Shown here piece after piece: positions 60,289 to 64,000 of a stretch of DNA of 64,000 nucleotides. The notes under the pieces are model-generated. The model did not search any database, had not been told where the DNA came from, and worked only from the letters and a program-made list of their open reading frames with translations. The stretch is taken from positions 1,632,001 to 1,696,000 of the forward strand of contig CAVVXN010000005.1 in assembly GCA_963752285.1 (NCBI GenBank), given 5' to 3'. This stretch comes from an uncultured Planctomycetota bacterium. Its GTDB lineage: Bacteria; Planctomycetota; PLA2; JAEUHO01. Positions within the stretch are counted from its first letter, which is position 1. Every line of letters begins with the position of its first letter. A program made the translations under genes and the position numbers.

Positions 60289-62022
60289 TCAGGTCTCGAG
60301 GAAGCCCTCGAGCTTGCGCGCGCGGACCGGGTGCTGGAGCTTGCGGACGGCCTTCGCCTCGATCTGGCGCACCCGCTCCCGGGTCACCTTGAAGATCTTC
60401 CCGACCTCCTCCAAGGTGTACGTGTAGCCGTCGCCGATCCCGTAGCGGAGCTTGATGATCTCGCGCTCGCGGAACGTCAGGGTCTGGAGGACCTGGTCGA
60501 TCTTGTCCTTCAGCATCTCGTGCGTGGCGGCATTGACCGGGCTCTCGGCCTGCTCGTCCTCGATGAAGTCGCCGAAGTACGAGTCCTCCGAGTCGCCGAT
60601 CGGGCGGTCGAGGCTGATCGGGTGCTTGCTGATCTTCATCACCCGCTTCGTCTCTTCGACGCTGATGCCGCTCGCGCGCGCGATCTCGTCGATGGTGGGC
60701 TCGCGGCCCATCTTCTGGACGAGGCGCTTCGTGACGTTTCGGATCTTCGACATCGTCTCGATCATGTGGACCGGGATGCGGATCGTCCGCGCCTGGTCCG
60801 CGATCGAGCGAGTGATCGCCTGGCGGATCCACCACGTGGCGTACGTGCTGAACTTGTAGCCCCGGCGGTACTCGTACTTCTCCACCGCCTTCATGAGGCC
60901 CGTGTTGCCCTCCTGGATGAGGTCCAGGAAGGTCAGGCCGCGGTTGCGGTACTTCTTCGCGATCGAGACCACGAGCCGCAGATTGCCGGAAGACAGCTTG
61001 CGCTTCGCCTCTTCGTACTCGGCGAAGCGGTGCTGGATCTCCTTCACGCGCAGCAGGAAGTCGTCGAGGGGTTCGAGACACTGGATCCCGATCTCCTCGA
61101 GACGCTCCTCGGCGTCCTGGATCTCCTCGGCGTCGCCGCCGCGCCGCCGGAGCTCCTTCGCGCGAAGGCGCAGCTCCTCGATCTCCTCCGCGATCTCGTA
61201 GCACTCTTCGTGGATCGGCCGGATCTTCTTCGTCTGGATCGCCACCTCCTCGAGGAGGTAGAGCGCCTTCAGGCGCCGGCTCTGGAGCGAGGGCACGTAC
61301 ACGCCCTTCTCGGTCCGCGGCTTCTCGATCAGGGCGCGGAGCTGCTTCGCCTCCTTCGCCCGGCGGACGTACCGCTCCATGTCCACGCGCATCTCGGTCA
61401 CGAGCTTCTCGAGCGTGCGCAGGTTGACCGGCATGCGCTTCTGGAGGTCGTCCTTGCCGACGGGATCCGCGGTACCGATCCGAAGGGTGCGGTCGAACGC
61501 GAGGTCCCCGCGCGCGACCTCCTGCAGGATCCGGATCGCGGCCGCGATGCCGATGCCGCTCTCGAGGACGCGGTGGCGGTACCGCTTCCTCGTGATCTCG
61601 ATCTTCTTGGAGAGGCTGATCTCCTCGTCGCGCGTGAGCAGCGGGATCTCGCCCATCTGCGTGAGGTACATGCGGACGGGGTCGTCGATCTTCTCGGTCG
61701 TGATCGGGAGGTCGAGGCTGCTCGCCGTCTCCTCGCGCGCGACCTCCTGCACGAGGGCCTCGTCCACCTGCACACGCGAGGTGCGCTGCTGGCGGCGGGC
61801 CGCCTCGCCCCCGTCCACGACCTCGATGCCCGCCAGGTCGAGGGACTGGAGGATGCGGTCCATCATCGCGGGGCAGGGCGCCAGCTCGGGCTCCGCGGTG
61901 TTGAGCTCCTCGTAGGTGAGGAACCCCCGCGTCCGCCCGGTCTGGATGAGCTCCTGGATCTCCCCCTCGGTCTCGTCGAGGGGACTCGGGGGGACGTAGG
62001 GATCGACGCGACGCTTGCTCAT
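60289..62022 (-). CDS. rpoD: RNA polymerase primary sigma factor
   Basis: [83 protein letters not shown]. Confidence 0.97.
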   Translation of the reverse strand: MSKRRVDPYVPPSPLDETEGEIQELIQTGRTRGFLTYEELNTAEPELAPCPAMMDRILQSLDLAGIEVVDGGEAARRQQRTSRVQVDEALVQEVAREETASSLDLPITTEKIDDPVRMYLTQMGEIPLLTRDEEISLSKKIEITRKRYRHRVLESGIGIAAAIRILQEVARGDLAFDRTLRIGTADPVGKDDLQKRMPVNLRTLEKLVTEMRVDMERYVRRAKEAKQLRALIEKPRTEKGVYVPSLQSRRLKALYLLEEVAIQTKKIRPIHEECYEIAEEIEELRLRAKELRRRGGDAEEIQDAEERLEEIGIQCLEPLDDFLLRVKEIQHRFAEYEEAKRKLSSGNLRLVVSIAKKYRNRGLTFLDLIQEGNTGLMKAVEKYEYRRGYKFSTYATWWIRQAITRSIADQARTIRIPVHMIETMSKIRNVTKRLVQKMGREPTIDEIARASGISVEETKRVMKISKHPISLDRPIGDSEDSYFGDFIEDEQAESPVNAATHEMLKDKIDQVLQTLTFREREIIKLRYGIGDGYTYTLEEVGKIFKVTRERVRQIEAKAVRKLQHPVRARKLEGFLET

Positions 62023-63911
62023 CCGACGTGCTTCCGAGACGGGGCCGGCGATGAAGAGTCTGCCGTACCCCGGGTGGGGGGCCCCGGTTCGCCCGGGTCT
62101 TCGTCCAGAACCCCAGGCGGCCTGCCTCCGCCGAGACCCCGAACGAGCTCTTCCTGACGACGCCGCTCCCGACGGCGACGTTCCAGGAACTCGAGGTGCA
62201 AGGGTATTCGTTCGGCCAGGGTCGGATCCTCGGGGAGACCGGCGAGCACCCCCTGGGCCTCGGCGTCCTCGGCGAGGCGCGCCACGAGCGTCCTCGCGGA
62301 CCAGGCCGGGGCGAGGGGGGCCGTGGCGGCGGGGCCGGCGGCCGGCGGCGAAGGGGTCTCTTCCAGGTCCAATACGGCTCGGTAGATCCTCCGGTTGACC
62401 TCGAATCGGAAGTCTTCCGGCCCCACGGCGGTCAGGATCCGATCGCGGAGGGCGGGGAAGAAGACGAGGCCCGAGAGGAGGAACGCCTCGCTCTCCCTCC
62501 GGTTTCGGTCGCGGGCCCGCGCCGCCGGGTCGGCGTCCTCTGACGCCGCGGGCCCGCCGGGGCCGGCCTCGCGCGAGGCCTCCCGGTGCCGGGTCCGGAC
62601 AACTTCGTCCCGTCCGGCGCGGCGCACCTGGCGGCCGGCCTCCTGGCGGAGTGCCGCCTCGACGCCGGTCCCGCCCAGCCGCTCGGCGGCCAGCCGGAGC
62701 CACTGGTCCCGCTCCACCGGGCTCGGCACGCGAACCAGGGTGCTCACCAGCTCCTCCGCCGCGCGCGCGCGCCCCGCCGGACCGCCGAGGTCGTGGCGCC
62801 TCGCGAGCGCCCACCACTTGAAGTCGAGGAGGTCGAGCGCGCCGCCGAGGATCTCTTCGACGGCCTGCGGCCCCTCCTCGAGCAGCACCTCGTCCACGTC
62901 GCGCCCCGTCGGGAGCCGCGCGACGCGTACCTCCAGGCGCTCCCCCACGAGCACGTCCAGGGTCCGCTCGGCAGCGAGGCACCCCGCCTCGTCGGAGTCG
63001 TAGACGAGCACGACGCGCCGGGCGAACCGCTTGAGGAGGCCCGCCTGCCGCGAGGTGAACGCCGTCCCCATGCCGGCGACCGCCCGGTCGAAGCCGTGGA
63101 GGTGGCACATGAGCACGTCGGTGTAGCCCTCCATCAGGAGGGCCTCGCCGCTGCGGCGGATCGGCTCCTTCGCACGGTCCAGGTGGAAGAGGGTGTTCGC
63201 CTTCTTGAAGACGAGGGTCTCGGGCCCGTTCAGGTACTTGGGCTGGTCCTCGGGCGAGAGGGCCCGGGCGCCGAAGGTGACGACCCGACCCTGGAGGTCC
63301 GCGATGGGGAACACGACCCGGTTCCGGAAGCGGTCGTAGGGCCGCCCGTCCTCGGCGCGGAGCACGAGCCCCGCCTCGTCGAGCGCCTCGACCGGGATCT
63401 TCCGCTCGCGCGCGGCCGCGAGGAGCCGATCCCATCCGGGCGGAGCGCAGCCGAGCCCGAAGCGGCGCCGGGCCTCCTCGTCGTAGCCGCGGTGCTCCAG
63501 GTAGGCGCGGGCCTCGGCCCCCGCCGGCGAGGCGAGCGCCCGGGCGAAGTGCTCGCGCGCGAACGAGAGGGCCGAGAGCGCGCGCTCGTACCGACGCGGC
63601 TCGACCCGCTCGCCGCCCCCGCGCTCGGGCACCTCGATCCCGCGCTCGCGCGCGAGCATCCGGACCGCCTCCGGGAACGTCATCCCCTCGTGCTCCATCA
63701 GGAAGCGGAACACGTCGCCGCCGACCCCGCACCCGAAGCACTTGAACGTCTGGCGGTCCGGGTTGACCGTGAACGACGGCGTCTTCTCGTCGTGGAAGGG
63801 ACAGAGCGCCTTTTGGGACCGGCCCGCGGGCTTCAGCGAGAGGTAGCGCCCGACCACGTCCACGATGTCGTGGGCGGCGAGCACCCGGTCGAGGACGTCC
63901 TGGGAGATCAC
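62019..63911 (-). CDS. dnaG: DNA primase
   Basis: [11 protein letters not shown]...[42 protein letters not shown] overlap with rpoD. Confidence 0.97.
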   Translation of the reverse strand: MISQDVLDRVLAAHDIVDVVGRYLSLKPAGRSQKALCPFHDEKTPSFTVNPDRQTFKCFGCGVGGDVFRFLMEHEGMTFPEAVRMLARERGIEVPERGGGERVEPRRYERALSALSFAREHFARALASPAGAEARAYLEHRGYDEEARRRFGLGCAPPGWDRLLAAARERKIPVEALDEAGLVLRAEDGRPYDRFRNRVVFPIADLQGRVVTFGARALSPEDQPKYLNGPETLVFKKANTLFHLDRAKEPIRRSGEALLMEGYTDVLMCHLHGFDRAVAGMGTAFTSRQAGLLKRFARRVVLVYDSDEAGCLAAERTLDVLVGERLEVRVARLPTGRDVDEVLLEEGPQAVEEILGGALDLLDFKWWALARRHDLGGPAGRARAAEELVSTLVRVPSPVERDQWLRLAAERLGGTGVEAALRQEAGRQVRRAGRDEVVRTRHREASREAGPGGPAASEDADPAARARDRNRRESEAFLLSGLVFFPALRDRILTAVGPEDFRFEVNRRIYRAVLDLEETPSPPAAGPAATAPLAPAWSARTLVARLAEDAEAQGVLAGLPEDPTLAERIPLHLEFLERRRRERRRQEELVRGLGGGRPPGVLDEDPGEPGPPTRGTADSSSPAPSRKHVG

Positions 63912-64000
63912 GAGGGAGGCGGGCGCGACGCGGCGGGCGGAGTATAGAGGCCCCGGCCCCCACCGCGGCGGTCCGTCGCGGCGCGGGCGCCGGGCGCGGA

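Overview
Very GC-rich bacterial chromosome segment, most likely Planctomycetota (inferred from the RpoD C-terminus, the dnaG-rpoD-zinc ribbon order and the many signal-peptide HEAT, TPR, vWA and HtrA proteins). Positions 1-9950 look like the end of a decayed genomic island at the 3' end of tRNA-Ser(CGA). It carries an SF1 helicase-nuclease-DUF3320 defence-type gene, an arsR/arsP-like/thioredoxin/arsF/arsG operon, an IS21 istB scrap, an excisionase-HTH plus PIN pair and a serine recombinase relic. The rest is mostly core genome: tadA, fur, purD, a parvulin PPIase, an FHA-protease, a TPR-kinase, EamA, STAS, Glu/Leu dehydrogenase with a PEP/pyruvate-binding partner, a heterodimeric ABC exporter, MarR-MFP-RND, mutY, maeB, four HtrA-family genes, kynU-kynB, rnpB, rpoD, dnaG and four more tRNAs (Pro, Arg, Gln, Glu). 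Most notable: (1) four tiny Cys/Pro-rich lipoproteins at 13.7-15.2 kb, one missed by the ORF track and one resembling chlamydial OmcA; (2) three paralogous disordered lipoproteins at 41.3-43.7 kb ending in CxGGxC, one with an in-frame UGA exactly at the second Cys followed by a SECIS-like hairpin (candidate new selenoprotein); (3) two duplicated pairs of an active HtrA plus a tandem double pseudo-protease; (4) a 7-copy, about 42-bp hairpin repeat array; (5) a leader peptide ahead of the ABC exporter; (6) many apparently leaderless genes. Two homopolymer frameshifts suggest long-read errors, so single-base observations need read-level confirmation. All family assignments come from motif recognition by eye, not database searches.
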